Positions 27,700 through 39,930 of a stretch of 64,000 nt of DNA are shown one piece after another. The notes beneath the pieces were generated by a model. That model did not search any database and was not told the origin of the DNA. It saw only the letters and a list, made by a program, of their open reading frames with translations. The stretch is from assembly GCF_006345805.1 (NCBI RefSeq), contig NC_043020.1:3100001-3164000 (forward strand), given 5' to 3'. The stretch comes from Octopus sinensis. Lineage: Eukaryota. Position numbers and translations under genes: made by a program. The stretch's first letter is position 1, and each line of letters begins with the position of its first letter.

Positions 27700-30600
27700 C
27701 TAATTTTAAATTGGTAAAGCAAAAGTTTGTTTAAATAAATGTCTAACTTTTTATCTTGAAGATTTAATCACAGAATATTTAGGTTATATATGGTTATAAA
27801 TTTATATATACACTCACAGACATGGAAATACACATCAAATGCTTAAATGACTTGTACACTTATATGCAAATGTATTTATTTATGTAAACATACATACAAA
27901 ATACACACACACATTGTATACACCAACAACACCTCTACAAGAATATATATATATATTATTTGAGTTAAAACACATGGGAAATCAGAAAATGTCAAAATAC
28001 AACTGAAGAAAACCACTTGCATTCTCACACTTTCGCATCCCCTCCATCACTGCTAATCCACTTACAACAACAGCAGCAGCATTTTTAATCTTTATTCAAA
28101 AAATGTCAATGAAATATGTCCATTCATAATAAATTGATAGAAATACTGAAACCATAATCCACTAAGCCAGTTCTAGTTCTCAGAGCTATTGATTTCTCAA
28201 TATTGTGTCAGACACTTGTGGTGGAATCATCATGAATGGAATGTCTTAGAGTTTCAGTGGCTGCATGGCTTAAAGTAGCACTGTAAAAGTTCAATCTGTG
28301 CGTCAGATGAAATGCCTTACAATATTTATTCTGGCCTCTTGCGATGTGAGCAAGATAATAGCTTTCTTCTTCTTTCCCACTAATTTTGGAAGCCCTATAA
28401 TGGGTCATGGGTACTGGCCTTCCCTTACCTTTTATCTGTTCCAGTCATTGGAATGCAGCCTTGGAGGTCAACACTAGTCATTCTTTTTTGTATATATTCT
28501 TTTATTTGTTTCAGTCATTTGACTGCAGCCATGCTGGAGCACCATCTTTAGTCGAGCAAATCAATCCCAGGACTTATACATTGTAAGCCTAGTACTTACT
28601 CTATCAGTCTCTTTTGCTAAACTGCTAAGTTATGGAGACATAAACACACCAGCATCACTTGTCAAGCGATGTTGGGGAGACAAACACACACACACACACA
28701 CACATATATACAATGGATTTCTGTCAGTTACCGTCTACCAAATCCACTCACAAGGATTTGGTCGGCCTGAGGCTATAGTAGAGGACACTTGCCCAAGGTG
28801 CCATGCAGTGGAACTAAACCTGGAACCAGTGTGTGTGTTTATGTTTACTGGAATAAACCAACGTTTCGAGTGGTGTTCTTTTATGTCAAATACATAACAA
28901 TGGGAACTGATAAACTAAGTACCAGCCTGAAACAGAATTAACTCTGCCCACAAAGGAAGTGCTCCAGCATGACAACAGTTCAATGACTGAAATCAGTAAT
29001 GTGTGTGTGTGTTTATTTCCAAATGGGGGAATAAATAAATACATGCAGCAAGAGTTTAACAATTTATGTTACAATATAAAAGCATGCATTTGAATCTACA
29101 ATTTCCCTTAACATTGTTAACGAAATGTAATGTATTAACCATGTGAATAGAACTTTAAATTGTTTAACAATATTCATCTGCAGATAAAGAGACATGATGA
29201 TGAATTTACCAATGGCATACCTGGCATGATGATGTATCGACTCACCAGTGATCTATTGGCTCATTATGTAATTACCTTGCAATTAAATTTTTAGATGATA
29301 AATTCACAATGTATTTACCACAATATAATTACCTGCTATAAATTTACATTGAACTAAAATGCAGAAATAGTTTTAAACTGTTGTCCACCAAACTATTTCA
29401 TCTCTCCTTAATGACCACGGATTTCATATTTTTTGTTATTTTTATTATTTTATTAAACATATTAAAAGTCAGGAGGGTCTTAGTTTCAGTATTTGATTTA
29501 TTCTAAATATATAACTGTAATCAGATAAAATAACGATTGATTTTATCATTCTCTTTTTCGGTCATTTGACTGTGGCCATGCTAGAGCACCACCTTCAAGG
29601 ATTTTAGTCAAACAAATTGCCCCCAGTACTTAAGATTTTCTTATTTTTATTTTAAAACTGATACTTATTCTATCAGTCCCTTTTGCTGAACCACTAAGTT
29701 AAGGAGATGCAAATGAACCAAACCATTTATCAAATGGTGGAAGGGAGAGGGAGTAACAAAGATATACACCAACACTGATATATGATGGCTTCCACACAAT
29801 TTCCATCAAACACATTACCTCACAAGGCACTAGTTGACCCAGGGTTATAGCTGAAGGCACTTACCGAAGGCGCTGTGCAGTCAAACTGAACCCAAAACCA
29901 TATGTTTGCAAAGTAATTATAAATGTTTTATGTGACACTTATGTCAGAATTAGGATGGCCACAACTGGAAGGTCTTTCATCATAAGCCTGTTTGATCAGA
30001 GCTGAGTTGGAGCCAAACAACAATTGTCAAAATCTTTAGAGTATTGGACAAAACACTCAGCAATATTTCTTCAAAATCGTTACATTCTGAGTTCAAACCC
30101 ACTGAGGTCAACTTTGCCTTTCATACTTTCAGGATCAATAAAATAAAGTGCTCATTAAGTATTGGGGTTGATGTAGTTGCTGGCCTTGTGCCAAAACTTT
30201 TAATTACTACTACTACTACTACTACTACTAATAGGGTGGTAAGCTGACAGAGTCGTTAGCATGTCAGACAAAATATTTAGCAGCATCTCCTCAAGTGCGA
30301 CTGAGGTCAACTTTGCCTTTCATTCTTTTGAGATCAATAAAATGGTACCAGTCAAGCAATGGGATTGATGTAACCAACTTCCCCCTCACTTCAAAATTGC
30401 TAGATTTGTGCCAAAAATTAAAAAGAATTATTATTATTATTAGAGGAGAAAAAGAATTTGAAATATCAGAGTCAAAGAAGTTGCTATCACACTTTTCAGT
30501 CAAATGCACGGCTTTAACACTTGTTCTTAAGATCTTAGAAAAGTTTTACACTGCCAGTGGAAATATCTGAAACTTAAAGTTCAATACTTTTTGGCATTTC

Positions 30601-31229
30601 AGAGAGTAAAAGAACAGCTGCTGTCACGACATCAGTGACAGCAAACTAACATGGTAATAATCTTCCTTTGAGTGCTGCTTCCATACAATGGTATTATGAC
30701 TCATCCAAGTCGGCTTCACTGGAACCAGAAGAGGCAAAAGATTAACCAAATTCCATTATTGATTGAAAAACAGGAGAAGACAACTTTTGTTCTAATCAAA
30801 CTGAAATTAGGAAAAGGTATTGCTACTATTGTTTATTTATTTATCTTTATGGGAACGGAGGACATATGCCTGCCGTTTTGTAAATTTAACATATATATAA
30901 TAGTTTAAAAATACATTCACACATATTAGAAAGAAAGAATATATTCACTAACAATTACACAAAGACACACGTGGGTTGTAACTGTTGGTGAATATATTCA
31001 CATGTGTGTGTGTGTGTGTGTGTTCACAGGGAAGAGTTTTATTTTTATACATGTTTCATTGAATTCAAGGTTGTATCCAAGTTTTATCTGTTTTTACTCT
31101 TCAGTTTTAGTAAATATTAGTTTTTACTAATATTAAAAATATTTTTTCCATTTTTTTTTACTTTACAGATTTACTAATTTTTGGGTTTTTTTCCTAAATT
31201 AATTTTCAATGTTTGAATTCCATACAGTG

Positions 31230-31870
31230 TATCCATGCAGACCATGACTACACAAGAGATGCAATGGAATTAGCAGATGATTAGCAGAGAAAGTGGGCTT
31301 TGCATGCGGCAGATGTGCAGGTACAATAAACACTAAGAATATATGGGAGATTTTCCCAAATGCCCAGGAAGATCCTTTGAGTTAGTAGATTGTAGATAGT
31401 TTCTGTTACCTAGGACCAAATTAGCAGTGGATGAGGATATTCTGAGAGTATTGCTGCAAGAATATAAACCAGCTATTACGTTTGTTGGTAACAAAAGGCC
31501 TCTCTCAAAACTGAGCAGCAGATTATATAATGCTCATATAAGAACAGCAATGCAACATGGTGGTAAATCATGGGCCGTGGATGCAGAGGACTTGTGAAGA
31601 CTAGAAAGAAATGAAGTTAGCATTCTCTGCTGAATGTGCAACATCAGTGTGTATGTATAACAAAGTGCAAATGTGTTGGGGGGAAAATTGGACGTGAGCC
31701 ATCATGCATATTGGATGAGGATAGCTGCGTGAAGCATTGATTGCAAAATGTGGATGTTACTTGTGGAAAAAGGAGATCCAAGAAGAGATGGGCTGAAGTA
31801 GTAGTTGTTGAACCTCAAGGAGGAGATGACAAAAACTGAGAAGATTGGCAATTCATCATGCTCAAATAGA
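31230..31870 (+). mobile_element. Decayed RTE LINE ORF2 C-terminal fragment
   Basis: Broken frames give KVGFACGRCAGTINT, IVDSFCYLG, LVTKGLS, SWAVDAEDL*RLERNEVSIL..MCNISV; same family as 49230-49780. Confidence 0.75.
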
Positions 31871-32460
31871 CTTTAACAAAGATGAGGTTCTAAAAGCATA
31901 CAATTAATGTCTGTACCCCTGCACCCAATCTGTACCTATCAAACCTTCTCCATAACTCATCTTCATAAAGCACATCCCGCTTTCATCCCTCTAACTACAG
32001 CACTATTTATTTAGCCATAGTTATATGAAAACAGAACTGCACCTATTCCATCATCCCTTTTTGTGCTATCAGTTATCCCTTCCCTGAAACCATTTCCCTT
32101 GCCATTCATCCTGCACTCTTCAACATCACTTCTTAACACTTTATTTTCCACTGAATGCCCCTTTCACCTGGCCGTCAACATCCTCCACCTTGTCACTATA
32201 TTCACCCTACAAGCCTCTCTTTCTGTGCATCTTCTCTCCTATCATCTCCCTATTTCTTAATATAATAAAACCCATGGTTTTATTATATTGTTGCTCTTCA
32301 CTAACCCACTCTTTTTTTTTATATATATTATTACCTATCACCTCCTCCTAGCTGACCCATTGCTATTTACCCTTACCTTCCTCCAAACTGAGATTCATTA
32401 TTGACCACACCTCCACCCATGTTCACCTTTCACTGCATTCACTTCTATCCTCATTTCTAT

Positions 32461-33006
32461 GTCACTCTCCTTTCACACTCTTGCAAACCTACCCACGCAG
32501 CCATCCTTGATTCTTGGCCCATATTCTCTCTTTACCCACCTTCTTCTACCTTGAGGGTACACCCTCACTACTACTCCGCCATCCTTTCTTGCTGAGGTAA
32601 CCATGTATCCCCTATACAGCAAGTCACTTGTCCCTGTCCCTCAATTACACTTCAGCCTCTCAATACCTGGCACAAAACCACTTCTGTCAATACTACACCC
32701 CAAGTGTCTTATGAGTTATTTGATGACATCACTGTCACTCTCCTTTCACACTCTTGCAAACCTACCCACGCAGCCATCCTTGATTCTTGGCCCATATTCT
32801 CTCTTTACCCACCTTCTTCTACCTTGAGGGTACACCCTCACTACTACTCCGCCATCCTTTCTTGCTGAGGTAACCATGTATCCCCTATACAGCAAGTCAC
32901 TTGTCCCTGTCCCTCAATTACACTTCAGCCTCTCAATACCTGGCACAAAACCACTTCTGTCAATACTACACCCCAAGTGTCTTATGAGTTATTTGATGAC
33001 ATCACT
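32461..33006. repeat. Perfect 273-bp tandem duplication
   Basis: 32461-32733 is identical to 32734-33006 by base-by-base reading. Confidence 0.95.
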
Positions 33007-33984
33007 ATTGCTAGTGCCATGAGAAAAATGCACCCAGAACATTCTGAAAAGTGATTGGCATTAGAAAGGTGATGATGATATTAAAAAAAAAAGCCACAGC
33101 CATCATATAAAAAAAATAGCAAAAAAGGATGTGATAACTTGTGAAATATCTTGGATGATAACTTTGTTTGATCAGAGCAGACCTTGGGCTAAATAACAGC
33201 AATGTAGTGGATCCACAGATAGCAATGTAACTCAGATAGAATCCTCTAACTTTCCATAATCCTTTAATCAAAAGAGATGAACACTTTATTCGTTCAGCAA
33301 GTGTATTGTTTCATTTTAATTACATAAAGCAACAATCTCCTAACCAGAAATCCAATTCACTAAAATCTCAAGAATATTGACATTTTAGCAACATTAAGCA
33401 ATACTGCAGCCAGTCAATTATTATCTCATGTTATATTTAAATGTCAAAATAAACACAACATTGGCAAAGGGGAATTATCGTCATCATTATTATTGTTTTC
33501 AATCATTAAAATAAAATTCATCAGATAAGATATGTCAAAATTGATTATAAATATCATTTCTAAAGATACTGGGATGCGAAAGAGAATAAAACTGATTGCC
33601 TAGTGATTGAACTAAATTAAAATTATAGTGAACTTTCCGAGTTTTATGTATACTATAAGGAGATGAAAGATCTGATGTTTTTGTTTTTTATTTATCTTAT
33701 TGCTTGGTCAGGAGTAAAGCTGTGATAGTGATGCTTCACAGAGCCCCTGAGACAAGTGGAAAAGAGGGAGGGACGGAGAGAATGCATCCTTAAACAGAAA
33801 AAAAGCTAGCCCAAATACTTACAAGATGGATACTGCAGTGACCCAAGGCTCACATGGTGTTAATTGGGCAAGGAATATCCACAGAAGGATTTGAATACAG
33901 AACCCAAAGGGCCAAAACAAATACTCCAAGAAATCCTGTTCAAAATTGACAATTCCACCAGTCATATTTATTTATTAACCCCAG

Positions 33985-34300
33985 AAGAATGAAAGTAGTC
34001 AAGATAAATACTGCAAGGCAGAACATCGATAGAGAAATCAGAGAAGTGGGGTCTGAAACTCTTGAGGGAGTTATGATGCTAGCTTTGGAAAGAGCACGGG
34101 CATGCAAAACCAAAAATGCCTGCCATTTAAGCAATGCCCTTTTTCATATGTGATGTAGGGGTGTTGCAAAATTTGACTTGTGTGCGTATTAATGTCCATT
34201 ATGTCCTTTATATTGTATCAAAATTTCGTGCATTTATTTGTAAAGTTAAGGAAGTTATTAAAAATTGAAACTCATCAGTGACTTTTGGGGACACCCTGTA
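33985..34300 (+). mobile_element. Tc1/mariner-superfamily transposase 3' end plus right terminus
   Basis: RQNIDREIREVGSETLEGVMMLALERARACKTKNACHLSNALF resembles Tc1/mariner C-termini; ends in ggacaccctg|TA. Confidence 0.65.
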
Positions 34301-34750
34301 TAATAAATGCCTAACCTAAAAATATTTAGTTTTAATATTGTTGATCAAACTAGATAGTATTTATGATAAACAGAATACCAAGCTAATGTGTAGCAAGAAT
34401 ATGATGAAAAAAATTCTTCTTTGTAAATACAAGAGCTAGAAAAGCCATTTTTTTCAATCTGTCATTTGTCTCAGTATATTATAGATCTAAATCTGATCTG
34501 GTGTAATCAGCCAATGATGTCTTGAAAAAAAAAACAGATAATGTCGAACATAATCACTGACATCTAAATAGTTGTAAAATATTAGATATCGTAAAAACAA
34601 AACACGTAAACATAGATTTCAGTTATAGAAAACAACACCTGCAGAGAAAAATCATTCAACTACACATGTATTTATGTGTGTCTGTCCACATATATATGAA
34701 TATACAGTCATGCATGCATATATATATATATATATTATATATATATATCA

Positions 34751-34906
34751 GGAGTGGCTGTGTGGTAAGTAGCTTGTTTACCAACCACTTGGTTCCGGGT
34801 TCAGTCCCACTGCGTGGCACCTTGTGCAAGTGTCTTCTACTATAGCCTCAGCCCGACCAGAGCCTTGTGAGTGGATTTGGTAGACGGAAACTGAAAGAAG
34901 CCCATC

Positions 34907-34950
<44 letters not shown>

Positions 34951-35146
34951 ATATTTGTGTGTCTGTGTTTGTGTGTCTGGTGTGTTTATGTCCCCGTCAT
35001 TTCGCGGTTCGGCAAAAGAGACAGATAGAATAAGTACTAGGCTTACAAAGAATAAGTCCCGGGGTCGAGTTGCTCGATTAAAGGCGGTGCTCCAGCATGG
35101 CCACAGTCAAATGACTGAAACAAGTAAAAGAGTAAAAAGAGAAAGA
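34751..35146 (+). mobile_element. tRNA-derived SINE (most abundant family, central microsatellite), full-length copy
   Basis: ggagtggctgtgtggtaag A box, gggttcagtccc B box, 3' tail gaaacaagtaaaagag. Other copies at ~8690-9060(+), 12154-12300(+), 28497-28828(-), 40452-40830(-), 57410-57595(+), 62195-62539(+). Confidence 0.85.
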
Positions 35147-35255
35147 GTATATATATATATATATATATAATAAATATTAGGGAATAAATCCAAATTTACA
35201 GGGAAAAAATCAGATTTAGGATTAAATCCAATTTTATAGTAAAATATTATAAAAT

Positions 35256-35405
35256 ATTATTAGAGACAAAACCACTAGTTTGCAAAACAAACAAGGAAAG
35301 ACTTAATCAATACATAAAATTTTAGTAAATTTTTATTAAAATTTTATGTATTGATTAAGTCTTTCCTTGTTTGTTTTGCAAAATAGTGGTTTTGTCTCTA
35401 ATAAT
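35256..35405. repeat. Near-perfect palindrome (69-bp arms, 12-bp spacer) made of the 3' tail of a hammerhead-bearing element
   Basis: Arms are 35256-35324 and 35337-35405. The arm sequence (attagagacaaaaccact..caaacaa.gaaagacttaatc.aatacat) recurs at 37119-37180, directly beside the 37222-37267 hammerhead. Confidence 0.85.
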
Positions 35406-35407
35406 AT

Positions 35408-35468
<61 letters not shown>

Positions 35469-36433
35469 TATATATGTGTGTGTGTGTGTGTATGTGGAGG
35501 CGCAATGGCCCAGTGGTTAGGGCAGCGGACTCGCAGTCGTAGGATCACGGTTTCGATTCCACTCTGTAGAATCTCTGCTGATGTTCAGAAGGGCATCCAG
35601 TCAATTGAAGTCTGGAGAACTGCCCAGCTGGACAGCTCCGTGTCAAACCCTTACCTGCATGGAAAACTGACGTTAAATATGATGATGAAGATGATGACAG
35701 GTATAAATGTATCCGTGTGTATTAGTGTTGTGTTTGTTCCCCTAACAACACTTGACAACCACTGTTGCCTTGTTTGTCACTGTAACTTAGCAGACAAAAG
35801 AAACTGATAGAATAAGTACCAGACTTAAAAAGTATGTTGATTTATTTGACTAAATCCTTCAAGGCAATGCCCCAGCATGGCCCCTGTCCAAGCAAAGATA
35901 AAAGAGAACAATAAACAATAATTGGAAATCAGAGGTAATATATTTTATCAATATATTTCAATCGATACATTTCAATAAAACCTGGTCAAGAAATGTTTAA
36001 TGAGCTCATAAATAAATTAGCAACGAACTATTAGATGAACTCAATCATTTATAGATTATTATTTATATACATAGATTATTCATACACAGGCAAATAATCT
36101 ATACACACACATTATCTATATACATGCCTGACAACCTATACACAAATATACATATATGTATTGCAAATGATCTATATACCGACAGATAATTTTTTTTTTA
36201 CAAGGCAGACAATCTCTATCTGTCTTTTTACAGAAGGCATGGACATCCTTTTTCAAGAACTGGTCTACATCAGGTATACCTCATCTTCAGGTGGGCCACA
36301 CCACTAAAAAATTCAAGGTAATTTTTCATTAGATGCCATTCAGGAAGTCCCATAGGCTGCAGTATGCCAATGACTGATCTATATACACCCAGATTATTTA
36401 GATACGTAAGCTATCTACACCCAGATTATTTAG

Positions 36434-36647
36434 CCCTTTAGCATCCAGATTACTTTGTTAAACGTAATGCTTATTTGCATTATTTTGAATCCATCCTGCA
36501 CTATCTCATAGCTTTGAGATTTCAATGATGTAATTGTTTATTTTTAAAATGACATTGTAGAATGGGTTTGAGAGGCCAGATCTAGCTGGTTCAAGGATAA
36601 AACGGAGAATATTTTGGCCAAATATGGCCAGTTTAAATGCTAATGGG
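36434..36647. mobile_element. piggyBac-like MITE
   Basis: Ends ccctttagcat / atgctaatggg with degraded TTAA flanks. A relative at 55584-55882 keeps TTAA at both ends. Confidence 0.6.
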
Positions 36648-37221
36648 TCAGATACACAGCAAATCATTTACATACACCCAGGTTGTGTAGATACATAACA
36701 GGTGAACTATACATAATATAAACAAATTTTCTTCTATTGACAGATGATTGATATCCATGTAAATTATCTATACATGAAAGGAAATCAATATACACATACC
36801 AGTTAACTATATCTATAACAGATGATTTATAGAGACATCGAATTGGCAAAGTCATCAGAGCCATAGAAGATGCCTTGCAGTATTTGTCCCAGCAGCACTT
36901 TAATTCCAAATCTCACTGAGGCCAACTCTGCCTTTCATCCTTTCGGATAGAGGACTGGCAGAAATGTTAAAGCATTAGTGGAGCTGCATTGCAGGATTTC
37001 TTCAGGTTTTTGCATTCTGAGTTCTTCAGTGGTAGTCTTAATTCATCCTCTGGTTTAACACCACCACCTGGTTTGTTTTTGTAGGGGCAGGGCTTATATA
37101 TATATATATATAATATTAATTAGAGACAAAACCACTACTTTGCAAATCAAACAAAGAAAGACTTAATCCAATACATTAAAAAAAAAAAAAATTTAATATA
37201 AAGTAAATAAAATTAAATTCA

Positions 37222-37267
37222 CCACTACAATTGTTTCGTGTCTCTTCAAAGGACATTCATCAGGTGG
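37222..37267 (-). ncRNA. Minimal type I hammerhead ribozyme (PLE-type)
   Basis: Minus strand reads CCAC CUGAUGA aUGUC cuuugaaga GACAc GAAA C aauu G UA^ GUGG. Consensus core, palindromic ACAAUUGU stem III; A10.1/C11.1 mismatch at the base of stem II. Confidence 0.72.
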
Positions 37268-37599
37268 ATTTCAGATCTTCTATTCAATTTTATATATATA
37301 TATATGAATTTTGGAAAATCGTACAATGGTTTCTGCATCAAAATGAATTTGGAAACCTCAGAATCAAGTGTTAAAGAACTGAGACAGTAAAGGCAAGATG
37401 AATCTTAGTAAAGTGACAAATGCACATGTTGGAACCATAACAATTAAAGGAGACTTTACAAGAACACTTCCGTCAATCAATGTGAAGATATTAGTGAGCA
37501 AATTGTGAAACCAATACTATCAGCAATGTATATTGTGAAAAAAGTGGCAAGCTGGCAAAAGTGCCATTTTTTGTTTTATCCAAAAAGTACCACTTGTAT

Positions 37600-38120
37600 T
37601 TTCTCCTGCTAATAAGTATGAGTTGACATCATTTTTAGAATAGGTAAATTTCCATAATTCATAGTTACCAAAAATTTCTGAAATGGTTGAACTATTTGTC
37701 AAATTGCGCAAGAAAAAAATATCCAATTTACTAAGTCAAATGCTTGGCAAAAGGCATTGGAGAATTTGAAATATGCACTTGCTGAAAATCCTGCTGCGAA
37801 GATATTTGACACCCATAAAGACATAACATTGACAACTAATGTTAGTGAGAATTCTAAATCAGGAATTTTATGACACAATAACCACCCAGTGTTGTACTAA
37901 ACAAGGTTAACTTCAGCTGAGTCTAATTATGAAAATATTGAAAGAAAAACTTTAGCAATTGTGTGAACCACAAAAGCAAAGCTGTCGTTTTTACTTAGTA
38001 GAAAATTCCTACTTAAATCTGATAGAAGGCATCTTGAATTCATCTTTAACCAGGTAATGAAGTTCCAAGAGTTGCAAAGACCCATTCAGCCACGCCTGGA
38101 AATTTTTTCCAACTTGTCCA
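37600..38120 (+). mobile_element. Ty3/Gypsy pol remnant (RT connection + RNase H)
   Basis: PANKYELTSFLE*VNFHNS*LPKISEM, then ALENLKYALAENP..FDTHKDITLTT..HPVLY*TRLTSAESNYENIERKTLAIV*..FLLSRKFLLKSD. Matches Gypsy RT/RNase H; several stops. Confidence 0.82.
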
Positions 38121-38400
38121 AAATCATAATGAAGAAAGAATATGGGATGCAAAGTATATTTGGTTTTATTGTTGATAAGGCTTAGGGACTTTATCTGATA
38201 TTTAGCAATGATGGTGAGAGAACAGGAACAATTGTGACTGATGTATTCCAAATTGCTATTGAGTGAGTATTGTTCCAAAATCTGGGGAAACTTGAAATTT
38301 TGGGAGGAAAAAAAATCATTTTAAAAATCGTAATCTCCATAAATTTGTATATTTTGGACGACGTTGCCGGATGATTCCTTCCATTTTTATAAGCTGTTGA

Positions 38401-38690
38401 GTGTGGGGGAGAGGGGAGAGAGGGAAGAGAGAGAGGAGAGAGACGGGAGAGAGAGAGGAGAGCGAGCGGGAAGAGAGGGGGGAGAAAGTGGAGAGAGCGG
38501 GAAGGGAGGGGGAGAGAGCGGGAGAAGGGGAGAGGGGGAAGAGAGAGAGAGCGAGAAGAGAGAGGAGAGAGCGGGAAGAGAGGGGGGAGAAAGTGGAGAG
38601 AGCGGGAAGGGAGGGGGAGAAGGGGAGAGAGGGGGAGGGGGATAAGGGGAGAGAGGGGGAGATAGAGAAGGGAGAGAGAGGCAGACAGAA
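38401..38690. repeat. Purine-strand (GA-rich) low-complexity tract with internal duplication
   Basis: Almost only G/A on +; the block gagagcgggaagagaggggggagaaagtggagagagcgggaagggagggggaga occurs twice. Confidence 0.9.
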
Positions 38691-38969
38691 AGAGTTGACA
38701 GTTATTTCTAGCACGTCGAGTGACTTCATGGAGGTAACACTCCTTTGAGTCGTCTGCTAGTTTAACAGGAATCCACAAATAAGTTGCTGTCTAGATTTTT
38801 AAACGTGAAGATTAAAATATATTCAGAAATATAATCGAAAAAGTAATAAAGAAAAAAGTTCGAGAATGAACATTTTGAAAATCTGGGAGATTCTTTTTTC
38901 TTTGTTTTCTTTTTTGCTGTTGTTGAAAATAAAGGAACGTGAAGAAATTAAAACAAAACCTAACACAAG

Positions 38970-39930
38970 TGTGCATACCTACACAAGTGTGCTCCACTTC
39001 GGCCTTGTTTCCTCAAAATTTTCAGAAAAATTGATATTTTTTGAGGAAATTTTCATCAAATACACTTCAGATGGGGTAGATTCCGATTATATCGTAATCT
39101 GTAGTGAAAAAAAAAATTTTTTCCGAATATGGGTGAAGAATTTCGGAAAATCCACCCGAGTCGTCTTTGTTTCTTCAGAACTTTCAGAAAAATTCTGTAA
39201 TGAAATTTTCTACAAATGCTTTTGCAGAGTTTGCCTGTAGGTTATGATTACATCGGAATTTAATATGGAAAAACAGAATGGTGAACTCGTACACAGACAC
39301 ACGTCAGATATCTTAGAAAATGAAAGTAGAAATTTCAAAAATAAGTTGTGATGCGTGTTTATTTATTTACTAGCAGTATCGCCCGGCGTTGCTCGGATTT
39401 GTAAGGGAAATAACTATATAAGCATTTTTAGAGAGTAATAGCAAAGACATGCATTAAAAATGGAAAAAAATGATGGTAAATTTTTTTTTAAACCGTAGAC
39501 TCATCGTAGACGCGCGCTAATACCCAGAAGGGCTCGATATGAATCACGACTATAAGATACCCGAATTTGGTTAAACTGCACCGCAAAATGTGGGAGTAGT
39601 TAGGAATCTAAATCGTAGGAGACAGACAGACACACAACCTTACTTTTATATATAAAGATTTTCGTATTAAATTCCGATAAAATCGTAATCTAGACACCCT
39701 GAAAAGTATTTGTAGAAAATTTCATAAATAAATTACCTAAGCCGATTCTATGAATTTTCCGAAACTTCTCTCCCCAGCTGCGGAAAATTCTGTTCACAAC
39801 AAATTCCGATATAATCGGAATTTATTGCCATTTGAAGCATATTTGTAGAAAATGTCATTAAAAAATACTCACTTTTCTGGAAGTTAAGGGAAAACAGAAT
39901 CGGTGGGGCCCAATTGTGTAGGTCTGCCCA
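38970..39930. mobile_element. Old foldback element with ~270-290-bp imperfect inverted arms, interrupted by a Helitron
   Basis: The reverse complement of 38970-39265 aligns by eye with 39665-39930. A third copy of the left end starts at ~40379. Confidence 0.65.
39370..39658 (-). mobile_element. Non-autonomous Helitron
   Basis: Minus strand has an A|TC 5' end (tctttatatataaaag), a subterminal hairpin ccgagcaacgccggg and a 3' CTAG|T. Inserted between A and T with no TSD. Confidence 0.85.

Noticed and set aside
28855-28900. GAAACGTTGGT motif typical of PLE ends (minus strand)
   Set aside because: No CUGANGA box or stem II upstream.
29200-29335. Six minus-strand donor-like motifs within ~130 bp
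   Set aside because: No convincing exon or reading frame; not distinguishable from chance without expression data.
34751-34815. tRNA-like sequences with A/B boxes (also 13190-13260, 20525-20610, 23930-23990, 35493-35560)
   Set aside because: They are heads of multi-copy SINEs with no complete cloverleaf.
36234-36317. Candidate 84-nt plus-strand exon; similar short candidates at 9218-9251 and 25427-25463
   Set aside because: The peptides are unrecognisable and cannot be chained into a gene; such signals arise by chance in AT-rich DNA.
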